A stretch of 64,000 bases of DNA from Candidatus Latescibacterota bacterium (GTDB taxonomy: Bacteria; Latescibacterota; UBA2968; UBA8231). Within the stretch, counting starts at the first letter, position 1. Each line of letters starts with the position of its first letter. Below the pieces are notes generated by a model that saw only the letters and a program-made list of their open reading frames with translations, made no database searches and was not told the DNA's origin. A program made the position numbers and the translations under genes. The DNA lies in NCBI GenBank assembly GCA_965248355.1, contig OZ252098.1, forward strand, positions 960,001-1,024,000. The letters run 5' to 3'. Below, piece after piece: positions 1-9,695 of this stretch.

Positions 1-1544
1 TCAGCCGTTGTCCCGGACAGATGAACATCATGGGCATGCACATCGACTACGGCGGCATGCCCAGCCTGCGGCTGGCCGTGCGCGGCCACGACACGGTCAC
101 CGTGGCGGCGGCGCGCGACGACGACCGGGTGTGCCTCCACAGCATCTACCAGGGCGACCGGGGCGCCGCCCAGGTCTTCGAGCCCGTGGACTTCCGCCTG
201 TCGGACATGGCCTCCGCCGAGCCGCTGGCCTCGCGGCAGGACCTGATGGACTACGCAGGGACGGTGTGCACCCGCCGGGAGCGGGAGACGGGAAACACCA
301 TGGACGACCACTGGGGCATCCTGCCCCGGGGCCAGCTCGTCTACCTCGACAGCTGGCTGCGGCTGCACGGCCGCCGGCCGCGGGGCATGGACGCTCTCCT
401 GTTCAGCAACGTCTCGCCCTCGGGAGGCATGTCCTCCTCGTCGGCCCTGGTCATCTCCACCGCCTTCGCCGTCCTCGGGCTCCACGGCCTGCGGCCGGGC
501 CGCGACATCTCCTGGGAGGACGTCATCGACGGCGTCGGCACCTCCGAGTGGATCCGGGGCACGCGGGGCGGCACGGCCGACCACGGCGGCATGGTCCTGG
601 GCCGCGCCGGGCGGCTGGTGAGCGTCGGCGTCTTTCCCGCCCGGGACTGCGGCTCGGCGCCGCTTCCGGAGGAGTACGTGGCCGTCCTCCTCGACAGCGG
701 GGTGCCCCGCGTCTACGACGAGGCCGGGAAGGAGGAGACCGTCCTCGCCTACCCGTTGGGCACCTACCTGCTTCGGGACATGCTGCTGCCGGGGCGCTTC
801 GGCACCCCCGGGTGGGAGGGCTTGGTCCCGGGGTTTCGCGAGCGGGTCGAGATGATCCGCGACCTGACGCCGGAGAACCTGGGCCTCACCACGGCCCAGC
901 TGTGCGAGCTGCTGGCCATGGTGCCGGAGCGCACCAGCCTGGCGGAGCTCGAAGCCGGCGCCCGCCGCTCCGGCGGGGGGGAGGCGTACGCTGAGATGCA
1001 TCGGCGTGACGTGGGGGAGCGCTTTCCCCATACCCGGCCCGACTCCCCGATCCTGCTGCGGCGGCGGTTCGTCTTCGGCCTCGCCGAGCAGGACCGGGTG
1101 GCGGCCGCCGCCGACCTCCTGGCCGCCGGTGACGTGGGCACCGCTTTCGAGCTGGTTCGCCTGTCCCACGCGGGAGACCGGGATGCCGAGGTGCCCCGGG
1201 AAGAGCTGGCGTCGCTGGCCGAGACCTCGCTCCGAGGTGGTCCAAGGGCCCGCCTCGCCTTCGTGGCCGGCGGGTATGGACGCATGACGGAGGCCTACGA
1301 CCGCGTGGTGACGACCCTGAACGACTTCCTCGAGGGGTATGGGAAGGACGCCGGGGCGGTGCAGCGGCTGGGGGCCGGATGGGGCGGCAACCTGGGCGGG
1401 CTGATCTCGCGCCGGTTCCTCGCCGGCCCGGAGCGCGACGCCCTGGAGGGTGTCATCGCCGGTCTCGGTCTTCCGGCGGCCGATCTCGACCGCTCCGTGG
1501 CCACCCCGGGAGACGGCGCGTGCCTGCTGACCCTTCCCTCCTAG
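1..1544 (+). CDS. GHMP-family (galactokinase-like) sugar kinase, 5'-partial
   Basis: Frame open from position 3: CPGQMNIMGMHIDY resembles the GalK signature PGRVNLIGEHTDY; PSGGMSSSSA ATP motif; GTRGGTADH; C-terminal RLGAGWGG. Confidence 0.8.
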   Translation, partial: SRCPGQMNIMGMHIDYGGMPSLRLAVRGHDTVTVAAARDDDRVCLHSIYQGDRGAAQVFEPVDFRLSDMASAEPLASRQDLMDYAGTVCTRRERETGNTMDDHWGILPRGQLVYLDSWLRLHGRRPRGMDALLFSNVSPSGGMSSSSALVISTAFAVLGLHGLRPGRDISWEDVIDGVGTSEWIRGTRGGTADHGGMVLGRAGRLVSVGVFPARDCGSAPLPEEYVAVLLDSGVPRVYDEAGKEETVLAYPLGTYLLRDMLLPGRFGTPGWEGLVPGFRERVEMIRDLTPENLGLTTAQLCELLAMVPERTSLAELEAGARRSGGGEAYAEMHRRDVGERFPHTRPDSPILLRRRFVFGLAEQDRVAAAADLLAAGDVGTAFELVRLSHAGDRDAEVPREELASLAETSLRGGPRARLAFVAGGYGRMTEAYDRVVTTLNDFLEGYGKDAGAVQRLGAGWGGNLGGLISRRFLAGPERDALEGVIAGLGLPAADLDRSVATPGDGACLLTLPS

Positions 1545-2734
1545 AGGCCCCGTCCCTGCTGGAGGGCGTCCGGGTCCTCGATTTCACCCGCGTCCTGGCC
1601 GGTCCGTACGCGACCATGGTGCTGGCGGATCTCGGCGCCGAGGTGATCAAGATCGAGCTGCCCGGCGGCGGTGACGAATCGAGGAGCTTCGGTCCCTTCG
1701 TCGCCGGGGTCAGCGCCTACTATCTGAGCGTCAACCGCGGGAAGAAATCGGTCACCCTGGACCTGCGCACGCCCCGCGGCGCCCAGCTGGCCATGGACCT
1801 CGTGGAGCGGGCCGACGTTCTGGTCGAGAACTTCCGCCCCGGCACCATGGCCCGCTTCGGCCTCGACTACAAGCGGGTCTCGGCGCGCAATCCGCGCCTG
1901 GTGTACGCATCGATCTCCGGTTTCGGCCAGAGCGGACCGTACTCCCACCGGCCGGCGTACGACGTGATCGTGCAGGCCATGAGCGGCCTGGCCTCGATCA
2001 CGGGCCTGCCGGGTCAACCGCCGGTCCGCGTCGGCTCGTCGACGGCGGATCTCAGCGCGGCCCTGTTCGCCTGTGTCGGACTACTGGCGGCCCTGGGGCG
2101 GGCCCGGGAAAGCGGGCGGGGCCGGCATCTGGACGTGTCCATGCTCGATTGCCAGGTGGCCCTTCTGGAGAACGCCGTCGCCCGCTACGACGTGACCGGG
2201 CAGGTCCCGGGTCCTCTTGGATCTCGCCATCCGGCGATCACACCCTTCCAGTTCTTCGCCGCCGCCGACGGATGGGTGGTGGTGGCGGCCGGCAACGACC
2301 GCCTCTTCGCCCGACTCTGTCAAGTGCTGCAGCGGCCGGAGCTGGCCGCTGACGCTCGCTTTGCAGGCAACGCCGGGCGCACCGAGCACCACGGCGCCCT
2401 CGAGTCGGAGCTCGCGGCCATCTTCGCCAAGGGTTCGGTGGCCGAGTGGCTCGACCGCCTGGAGGAGGCCGGGGTCCCCTGCGGTCCCGTCAACGACGTG
2501 GCCGACCTGGTGCAGGATCCACAGGTCCGCTCGCGCGGGATGATCCGGCGGCAGCCCTGCGATGGGGAGACGGTGGCCGTTCCGGCCTCCCCTCTGCGGT
2601 TTGCGGGTGAGACGCCGGAGGTGGACCCGAGGCCGGCGCCGGACCTCGGTGAGCACACGGAGTCCGTCTTGCAGGAGCTGCTCGGCCTCGACGCCGGCGA
2701 GCTGGGCTCGATGCGGCAGGACGGCGTCATCTGA
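1520..2734 (+). CDS. CoA-transferase family III (CaiB/BaiF)
   Basis: LEGVRVLDFTRVLAGPYATMVLADLGAEVIKIE, NRGKKS, ENFRPG, APDLGEHT; GTG start at 1520 with GGAGA upstream. Confidence 0.92.
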   Translation: MPADPSLLEAPSLLEGVRVLDFTRVLAGPYATMVLADLGAEVIKIELPGGGDESRSFGPFVAGVSAYYLSVNRGKKSVTLDLRTPRGAQLAMDLVERADVLVENFRPGTMARFGLDYKRVSARNPRLVYASISGFGQSGPYSHRPAYDVIVQAMSGLASITGLPGQPPVRVGSSTADLSAALFACVGLLAALGRARESGRGRHLDVSMLDCQVALLENAVARYDVTGQVPGPLGSRHPAITPFQFFAAADGWVVVAAGNDRLFARLCQVLQRPELAADARFAGNAGRTEHHGALESELAAIFAKGSVAEWLDRLEEAGVPCGPVNDVADLVQDPQVRSRGMIRRQPCDGETVAVPASPLRFAGETPEVDPRPAPDLGEHTESVLQELLGLDAGELGSMRQDGVI

Positions 2735-2757
2735 CCCTCCATCGAGAAAGGCATGGG

Positions 2758-3657
2758 ATGATCCCCCTGATCAGCAGTCTGTGCTGCGGCCCCATGGAGA
2801 TCTGTCAGCTCCCCCGGCTGTGGTGGAAGGCCTCGTTGAAGGCCGCCGGCCGTCTGGCCGAGGACTATCCGGAGTGCACTCACGTCCTGGACAGCATGGT
2901 CCTCGAGCGGCTCGGCCTCGATCGCCAAGCAACCCTCGAGCATATCCACTCGGCCCGGCCCGACTATCTGGCCTTCGAGGCCTGGGTCCGCGAGCAGACA
3001 GGGGGTGAACCCTCCCGGGAACTGGGCGAGGAGTGGAACGGCTTGATCCGCTCCCGGGTGCACGAGCAGTGGAAGATCGACGACATCTACTCGACACTGG
3101 GCTTCGACGGATCTGAGGGCATCACTTCAGCCGTGGTCCTCAACCACTTGGAGGACTGGCACTTCTGGCATTCCCGCGATCTGGGAGATCCGGGGCTGGC
3201 CGCCTGGGCCGGACGCACCGTGCCCCTGGTGGCAACACTCGACTACGGTCCTCTGGGTGTCTGCCAGCTGCCGCGCACCTGGCACAAGATCCTGCTGCAG
3301 GCGGCGGGCCTTCTGCACGCCGAATACCCGGGGCTGGGCGGCGGCCTCGACCGGAGGGTCGTGGTGGACGTGCTCGGTCTCGACGCCGGCCGGGTCGTCG
3401 AGCACCTGACCTTGGAAAGACCCCGCTATCTAGAATTCGAAGGCTGGGTGCGGGAACAGCTGGGAGGGCGCGACGTGAGCGGTCCGGTGGGGGAGTGGAA
3501 CGAGTTCGTGAGCAACCGGGTCCACCAGGCCGACAAGCGGGCCGACATCCACGACAACCTCGGACGTCCCGACGACGGCTCGCTCCCGGCTTCGGCCGCA
3601 GTCCTCAACCACTTGGAGGACTGGCACCTGGCCCACGGCATCTTGTGGGCTGGTTGA
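2758..3657 (+). CDS. Hypothetical protein made of two homologous halves (DUF5069-like)
   Basis: GP-x3-CQLPR-x-W-x-K...FE-x-WVREQ...VLNHLEDWH occurs twice. Confidence 0.7.
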   Translation: MIPLISSLCCGPMEICQLPRLWWKASLKAAGRLAEDYPECTHVLDSMVLERLGLDRQATLEHIHSARPDYLAFEAWVREQTGGEPSRELGEEWNGLIRSRVHEQWKIDDIYSTLGFDGSEGITSAVVLNHLEDWHFWHSRDLGDPGLAAWAGRTVPLVATLDYGPLGVCQLPRTWHKILLQAAGLLHAEYPGLGGGLDRRVVVDVLGLDAGRVVEHLTLERPRYLEFEGWVREQLGGRDVSGPVGEWNEFVSNRVHQADKRADIHDNLGRPDDGSLPASAAVLNHLEDWHLAHGILWAG

Positions 3658-3680
3658 TACGGCTGGCGCCCGGAGGACGA

Positions 3681-5243
3681 TCAGGGCTGGAAGACGAGGG
3701 CCCGCCCGGGCAGGGGCTCGCCCAGATCGGAGACCGCCACCCCGGCGTCGATGACGGGCGTGCCGTTGACGAGGACGTAGTCGATGCCCGCGGGCAGCTG
3801 TCGGGGGTCGTCGTAGGTGGCCCGGTCGGCCACCTCATCGGCGTCGAACACGACCAGATCGGCGAACCAGCCCTCCCGGACCTGCCCGCGCTCGGCACAC
3901 CCGAAACGCCGGGCCGGCCGGTCGCTGAGCTTGGCCACCGCCTCCTCGAGGCTGAACAGGCCCTGGTCGCGCACGCAGGGTCCGAGCACGCGAGGCGCCG
4001 ACCCGTACATCCTCGGGTGCACCTGGCCGTCGGGGAAGTAGATGCCGTCGGTGCCCATGACGTAGCAGTCGTGGGCGAGGAAGGGCGCGATCAGCTCGTC
4101 CTCGCCGTGGTGGAAGACCAGGAGCACGGCCAGGTTCTCCTCGATCAGCAGGTCGCACAGGGCGTCCTCGGGGGACTTGCCCACGTCGGCCACGTACTCG
4201 GACAGCAGCCGGCCGATGTAGCGCTGGTTGTCCCGTGAGGGGAGCCAGGCGATGTGCATGTTCTCCAGCCGGGTCCGGGACAGGTCCCGGGCGAACTCGC
4301 GGCGCAGCCTGCGGTGGCTCAGCTTGCCCAGCACCTGAAGGGAGCCCTCCTCCCACACCTCGTGGGGCAGGAGGAAGTTGAGCATCGTCGACCCGGGCAG
4401 GTAGGGGTAGACGTCGAAGGAGAAGCTCACCTCCTGGCGGGCGGTGCCGTCGACATACTCCAGCAGTTCCTCGATCTGCTCGGGCGTCGTGGCCTTCAGG
4501 TGGGAGATGTGGACGGGCACCCCGGCGCGGCGCCCGATCTCCACCGCCTCGGCCACCCCCTCCAGGGTCCCCTTCCGGTAGCGCACGTGGCTCACGTAGA
4601 GCCCGTGGGGAGCCATGGGCTCGCAGACTTCGGCGAGCTCGTCCACGGTGGCAAACCACTGGGGCATGTATTCGATACCCGTGGACAGGCCCACCGCTCC
4701 CTCCGCCATGCCCCGCTCCACAGCGGCCCGGATGCGCGTCATCTGGAAGTCGTCCGGCACCGCCCGGCTCCATCCGGCGGCCATGGCGCGCACGTTGCCG
4801 TACGGCAGGTGGGCGATGGCGTTCTGCGCGGTGCGCCGGTGCAGGCCGGCCATGTAGTCGCCCAGGGAGCGCCAGCCGTCGTACTCCTCGAAGAGCAGCC
4901 CGTTCAGGGCGCGCAGGTAGTGGATCCACTCCGGCGCCGTGTCCTCGTCGACGGGCGCGTAGGAGATCCCGTCGGCCATGATGACCTCGGTGGTGAAGCC
5001 CTGGGCGGTCTTCGGGACCAGGTGGGGGATCTTGCGCAGCCAGGCGTCCGAGTGGTTGTGGACGTCGACGAATCCGGGGGTCACGATGCGGTTCGAGGCA
5101 TCGATCCGCCGGCCCGCCTCGGCGCTGGAGAGATCCTCGGCGACCGCCTCCACCCGCTCTCCGCGCAGGCCCACGTCGGCGCGCTTCCGCGGCGCCCCGG
5201 TGCCGTCGATGACGGTGCCGCCGGCGATGACGATATCGAACAT
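3681..5243 (-). CDS. N-acyl-D-amino-acid deacylase (D-aminoacylase) family amidohydrolase
   Basis: MFDIVIAGGTVIDGTG, PGFVDVHNHSD, HISHLK, HPRMYG, ADLVVFD; start overlaps the upstream gene stop (TGATG). Confidence 0.92.
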   Translation of the reverse strand: MFDIVIAGGTVIDGTGAPRKRADVGLRGERVEAVAEDLSSAEAGRRIDASNRIVTPGFVDVHNHSDAWLRKIPHLVPKTAQGFTTEVIMADGISYAPVDEDTAPEWIHYLRALNGLLFEEYDGWRSLGDYMAGLHRRTAQNAIAHLPYGNVRAMAAGWSRAVPDDFQMTRIRAAVERGMAEGAVGLSTGIEYMPQWFATVDELAEVCEPMAPHGLYVSHVRYRKGTLEGVAEAVEIGRRAGVPVHISHLKATTPEQIEELLEYVDGTARQEVSFSFDVYPYLPGSTMLNFLLPHEVWEEGSLQVLGKLSHRRLRREFARDLSRTRLENMHIAWLPSRDNQRYIGRLLSEYVADVGKSPEDALCDLLIEENLAVLLVFHHGEDELIAPFLAHDCYVMGTDGIYFPDGQVHPRMYGSAPRVLGPCVRDQGLFSLEEAVAKLSDRPARRFGCAERGQVREGWFADLVVFDADEVADRATYDDPRQLPAGIDYVLVNGTPVIDAGVAVSDLGEPLPGRALVFQP

Positions 5244-6643
5244 CAGATCACCTCCACTTCCAGGTCGTCGAACCAGGAGGTGCCGGCGCCGTCCTGGCGC
5301 AGGACGATCTCCACGGCGCTGACCTCCGGCGGGGAAGGTCCCCGGATCTCGACGGCCAGGCGGGTCCAGTCCCGGGTTCCCGTGAGACGCTCGGAGCAGA
5401 CCAGGGGATAGCGCTCCGGGTGGTTGTAGATGATCCAGCGCAGGGCCAGGCAGGAGCCCCGGCCGGAGACGGATTCGGTGCGAACCCAGAGGGCGACCCG
5501 GAAGCCGGTGTTCTCCCGCCAGCGCTGGGTGAAGGCGCCCTCGCCCTCGCGGTCCATCGACCATTCGGTGACCCCGTCGGCCTCGCGGTGGATCTTCAGC
5601 GAGCAGTCGTCGCTGCGGCCGTGGTCCCGGCACCACTCGGCGCCGTCGCCGGCGGGCAGCCACGGCCAGGGATCGAGCTCGCCGGCGGGCCGGTCGAGTC
5701 GCAGGGGCTTCTCGAAGCTCGACCGGCGCTCGTACCGCGGCAGCTCGCGGAAGCCGGCGAACTCCACGGGGGGCACGGGCTCGGCTCGGCGGCGAAGCTC
5801 CGCCCCCTTGTCGTCCGGGCACAGGCGGATGCGGAAGCGCTCGCAGATCGGCTCGTACAGCTCCTCGGCCCGATAGCGGGAGCTCAGGTGGATGTCGTAG
5901 CCCCAGTTGCACACAGAGGCCGAGGTTCTCCCCGCGGTATCCCCGAGGAACTCGAAGGCCGGGTTGTGGCCGGGGTCCGCGGCCAGCACGAAGAGGCCGC
6001 CATCGCGGAAGGACCGTGGGCCGGGAATGCCGGTAGCCATGTGGTTGAGGGGCATCTGCCATACCGTGCCGTCGGCGGGCTCGGCGAGCAGGTGGGTATA
6101 GCCGTGCGGGGTCCAGGCCCCCTCGAAGGCGACGGTGGGAGCGGGCACGTCGCAATACCAGGGGTCGCTGTACTCGAAGGAGACCCGCTCCACGCCGGGC
6201 CGGTGAAAGACCTCCGGGCTGTGCAGCTCCAGGTGGCAGGCGAAATCGTACACGTAGGAGCCCAGATCCTCGTCCCAGGTGATGGTGAGGACGCGGCGGG
6301 ACGTGGCGACGCCGCCGGGGTCGGCGGTGGTCACGGCCAGGGTGAGGCGGTCGCTGCCGCGCCCGCCGACGGTGACCTCCTTCAGCTCGGTGGTGATGAT
6401 GTGGCCATCGAAGTTCCAGAACAGCTGCGTCCCGGCCACCAGGGCACGCCCGCCGGGAGAGAGAGTGAGATCGCGGAGCACGACGGGTCGGAGGTTGCGG
6501 TCGAAATAGCGCAGGTTCTGCTCCGGCTGCTCGACGACGGCCCGCTCGAGCCGGGCGATCGGTTCCCCACCGTCGCAGATCCATTCCTCCCCGGCCGTCA
6601 CGCCGCCGCGGGTCACAAGGTCGAAGCGGCTCCGGTGGGCCAT
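5243..6643 (-). CDS. Hypothetical protein; C-terminal ~140 aa resemble a carbohydrate-binding jelly-roll domain
   Basis: 466-aa protein-like ORF coupled to the deacylase; C-terminal LWVRTE...GTRDWTRL...G-x-SWFDDLEV pattern. Confidence 0.7.
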   Translation of the reverse strand: MAHRSRFDLVTRGGVTAGEEWICDGGEPIARLERAVVEQPEQNLRYFDRNLRPVVLRDLTLSPGGRALVAGTQLFWNFDGHIITTELKEVTVGGRGSDRLTLAVTTADPGGVATSRRVLTITWDEDLGSYVYDFACHLELHSPEVFHRPGVERVSFEYSDPWYCDVPAPTVAFEGAWTPHGYTHLLAEPADGTVWQMPLNHMATGIPGPRSFRDGGLFVLAADPGHNPAFEFLGDTAGRTSASVCNWGYDIHLSSRYRAEELYEPICERFRIRLCPDDKGAELRRRAEPVPPVEFAGFRELPRYERRSSFEKPLRLDRPAGELDPWPWLPAGDGAEWCRDHGRSDDCSLKIHREADGVTEWSMDREGEGAFTQRWRENTGFRVALWVRTESVSGRGSCLALRWIIYNHPERYPLVCSERLTGTRDWTRLAVEIRGPSPPEVSAVEIVLRQDGAGTSWFDDLEVEVI

Positions 6644-6801
6644 GGAAGATCCCTTTGAGTTCGGGTGGATGGCAGGCGTACGCGAACAAGGCCGGTCCCG
6701 TCGGGGCCGGTCTTTTGGGGAGGCCGCAAGATATCCTCGACTCAGCGGAGCGGCAACCGACTCGATTGACAGGACCGGCGCACCGGGTCTTCGTATACGC
6801 C

Positions 6802-7632
6802 ATGACGATCATCGATCCCCATACCCACGTCTGGGTCAATGACCCGCGCTTTCCCTGGCCCGCCGAGAACCCCGCTCCGCCCGCCGAGGACCGGACGGCC
6901 GAGATGCTCCTCGAGGAGATGGCCGCCCACGGGGTGGAGAAGACGGTGCTGGTGCAGGTGATCCACTACCGGTGGGACAACCGCTACGTCGTCGATGTCA
7001 TCGGGCGCTACCCGGACAGGTTCATGGCCGTGGGCCGGATCAACCCCGAGGACCCGGCGGCGGCGGACCATCTCAGCGAGTGGACGGAGCAGGGCCTCCA
7101 CGGCGTGCGCCTGAGTCCGTCCGTCGACCCTTCGGGGGACTGGTTCGCCGACCCTGCGAAGATGAACCCCGTCTTCGCGCGGGCCGAGTCCCTCGGAGTG
7201 CCCCTGCTGCTGTTGACGCGGCCGCCGCGGCTGCGCGATCTGGTGCCCCTCCTCGACCGCCACCCGGATCTCGACCTCGTCATCGACCACATGGCCGATG
7301 TCCATCCCGACGACGCCGAGGGACGCCGGCTCCTGACCGATCTCGCGAGATACCAACGGGTCTACGTGAAGATCAGCCACACCTGGTCGATCTCCGGAGA
7401 AGGCTTCCCGTGGGTCGACACCCACGGCCTGGTGGAGCAGGTCTACCAGAGCTTCGGGGCCCGGCGCATCATGTGGGGCACGGACTGGCCGGTCTGCCTG
7501 AGCAAGGCGGAGTACGGCCAGACCCTGTCCGTGGTCCGCGACCACATGAGCGCCTTCATCGCCCCCGAAGACATGGAGTGGGTCCTGGGCCGGACCGTCC
7601 TTCGGCTCTGGCCCTTCAAAGAAGGGGAGTGA
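6802..7632 (+). CDS. Amidohydrolase family 2 (lactonase-like) protein
   Basis: IIDPHTHVW, VIDHM, VYVKIS, IMWGTDWP. Confidence 0.9.
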   Translation: MTIIDPHTHVWVNDPRFPWPAENPAPPAEDRTAEMLLEEMAAHGVEKTVLVQVIHYRWDNRYVVDVIGRYPDRFMAVGRINPEDPAAADHLSEWTEQGLHGVRLSPSVDPSGDWFADPAKMNPVFARAESLGVPLLLLTRPPRLRDLVPLLDRHPDLDLVIDHMADVHPDDAEGRRLLTDLARYQRVYVKISHTWSISGEGFPWVDTHGLVEQVYQSFGARRIMWGTDWPVCLSKAEYGQTLSVVRDHMSAFIAPEDMEWVLGRTVLRLWPFKEGE

Positions 7633-7635
7633 CCC

Positions 7636-8505
7636 ATGCTGAAGATCGGCATGGTGGGCGCCGAGAACAGCCACACCCTGGCCATCGCCAAGGTGCTCAA
7701 CGTCGACAAGCGGCTTCGGGGCGTGCGCGCCACCCACGTGTGGGGGGAGACGCGCCGCTACGCCCGGGAAGCGGCGGAGGCCGGCCAGATCCCGTGCATC
7801 GTCACCCGTCCGGAGGAGATGATCGGCGAGGTCGACGCCATCGTGGTGGACCACCGCCACGGCAAGTTCCACCTGCTGGCGGCCCAACCCTTCCTCGAGA
7901 CCCGGGTGCCCATGTTCATCGACAAGCCGTTCTGCTGCCGGCGGGCCGAAGGGCGGCGGTTCCTGGCCCGGGCTCGTGAGCTGGAAGTGCCGGTCTGCTC
8001 GTTCTCGACGCTGCCGAAGCAGCAGGCCTTCCGCGACCTGAAGCGGATCTCCGCCAAGCTGGGGCCGATTCACACCGTGGTCTCCACCGGCCCCTGCGAC
8101 ATACGCTCGAAGTGGGGCGGAATCTTCTTCTACGGCATCCACCAGGTCGACTTGATCCTCCGGCTCGTGGGCTACGACTTCTACCGGGTGCAGATGGTCA
8201 AGGGGGCGGGCGCCAACCACAGCGCCAGCATTCTCTTCCGATCCGGTACGGTGGCGACCATGAACCTCATCGGCGAAGGCACCCCCGGTTTCCACCTCTC
8301 CGTGATCGGGGAGGGCGGGAGGGTGGATCAGCCGATCCCCATGGACGAGAGTCCGTACCTGACGGGAGTCCGCGACTTCGTGCGCATGTTCAAGACGGGG
8401 GAGACGGAGGAGACGGAGCAGACCATGCTCGGGCCCGTGGCCGCGCTCGAGTCGCTGGAGAAGTCGGTGGCCAAGCCCTTCGCACGCGTGGGGGCCGGGA
8501 TCTGA
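7636..8505 (+). CDS. Gfo/Idh/MocA family oxidoreductase
   Basis: N-terminal Rossmann fold, FIDKP, FYGIH. Confidence 0.85.
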   Translation: MLKIGMVGAENSHTLAIAKVLNVDKRLRGVRATHVWGETRRYAREAAEAGQIPCIVTRPEEMIGEVDAIVVDHRHGKFHLLAAQPFLETRVPMFIDKPFCCRRAEGRRFLARARELEVPVCSFSTLPKQQAFRDLKRISAKLGPIHTVVSTGPCDIRSKWGGIFFYGIHQVDLILRLVGYDFYRVQMVKGAGANHSASILFRSGTVATMNLIGEGTPGFHLSVIGEGGRVDQPIPMDESPYLTGVRDFVRMFKTGETEETEQTMLGPVAALESLEKSVAKPFARVGAGI

Positions 8506-8518
8506 ACGGGAGCAAGGG

Positions 8519-9652
8519 ATGACGGACTGGCAGTTGAAATCCGAGCGGGAGACGCGCTACGACGCCGTCTCTCTCGGCGAGATCCTGATGCGCATCGATC
8601 CCGGTGACGTGCCCACGGCGCGGGCCCGGACGGCGCGCATCTGGCACGGCGGGGGAGAGACCAACGTCACCGAGGGCCTGAGCTATTGCTTCGGTCTGCG
8701 CACCGCCGTGATCACCGCCCTCGTGGACGACGGCATCGGCCGCAACATCGAGAACCAGCTGCGCGAGGCGGGCATCGACACGGGCCACATCATCTGGTTC
8801 AGCACCTCGGGCAAGGGGGAGCACGCCACCGACGGCAAGGGCACGCTGCACAACGGCATCAACTTCACCTGGTCCGGCAAGGGGGTGCTGCCGTCGATCA
8901 CCGAATACTACCGGGCCCACACCCCGGTCCGCGAGATCGGCCCCGGCCACGTGGACTGGGACCATCTCTTCGGCGAGCTGGGCACGCGCTGGTTCAGCAC
9001 GGGCGGCATCTACACCCTGTTGTCGAAGAACACGGCCGCCCTGGCCCTGGAGGCGATGACCAGGGCGGGGGAGCACGGCGCCGGACGCTCCTTCGACCTC
9101 AACTACCGGTCGAAGGTGGAGCCGGACAAGGACCGGGCCCGCGAGATCAATCGCGGCATCGTGCCCCATGTCGACTTCCTCGTGGGCAACCAGGACGACT
9201 TCGACGACGCCCTGGGGTACGAGACCGAGTCCGTCGACAAGCAGGCCCCCTTCGACGAATGGCTCGAGATCTATGCGGGGATGCTCCGGCGGGTATCGAC
9301 GGACTACCCGAATCTGAGGTTCATCGGCACCCAGTTGCGCGGAGCCCTGTCGGCGGACCGCATCCACTGGGGGGCCGTGCTCTACGAGGTCGCCACCGAC
9401 ACCGTGCACCAGGCGGCGGTGCGGACGGACGTGGAGATCGCCGACCGTACCGGCGGGGGGGACTCCTTTGCCTCGGGTGTCATCGCGGCGCTGCTGAAGG
9501 GACGGGACCCGGCCGAGGCCGTGCAGTGGGGGGCCGCCCACGGCATCCTGGTGCAGGAGACGGTGGGCGACACCTCCATGGTCACTCAGTCGGACGTGGA
9601 GAAGGAGGTGGACCGGGCGCTGAAGGGCGGAGGCGTATCCGCTCTGCGCTGA
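8519..9652 (+). CDS. PfkB-family sugar kinase (2-keto-3-deoxygluconate kinase-like)
   Basis: GGGETNV, SFDLNYR, DRTGGGDSFASG. Confidence 0.9.
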   Translation: MTDWQLKSERETRYDAVSLGEILMRIDPGDVPTARARTARIWHGGGETNVTEGLSYCFGLRTAVITALVDDGIGRNIENQLREAGIDTGHIIWFSTSGKGEHATDGKGTLHNGINFTWSGKGVLPSITEYYRAHTPVREIGPGHVDWDHLFGELGTRWFSTGGIYTLLSKNTAALALEAMTRAGEHGAGRSFDLNYRSKVEPDKDRAREINRGIVPHVDFLVGNQDDFDDALGYETESVDKQAPFDEWLEIYAGMLRRVSTDYPNLRFIGTQLRGALSADRIHWGAVLYEVATDTVHQAAVRTDVEIADRTGGGDSFASGVIAALLKGRDPAEAVQWGAAHGILVQETVGDTSMVTQSDVEKEVDRALKGGGVSALR

Positions 9653-9695
9653 CCGCTGCCTGGCGCACTCACGGCCCGGACGGCCGCCGGGATCG

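Noticed and set aside
5244..6839. N-terminal extension making the D-aminoacylase 1052 aa
   Set aside because: Shadow frame of the 466-aa gene; the deacylase has its own ATG and RBS at 5243
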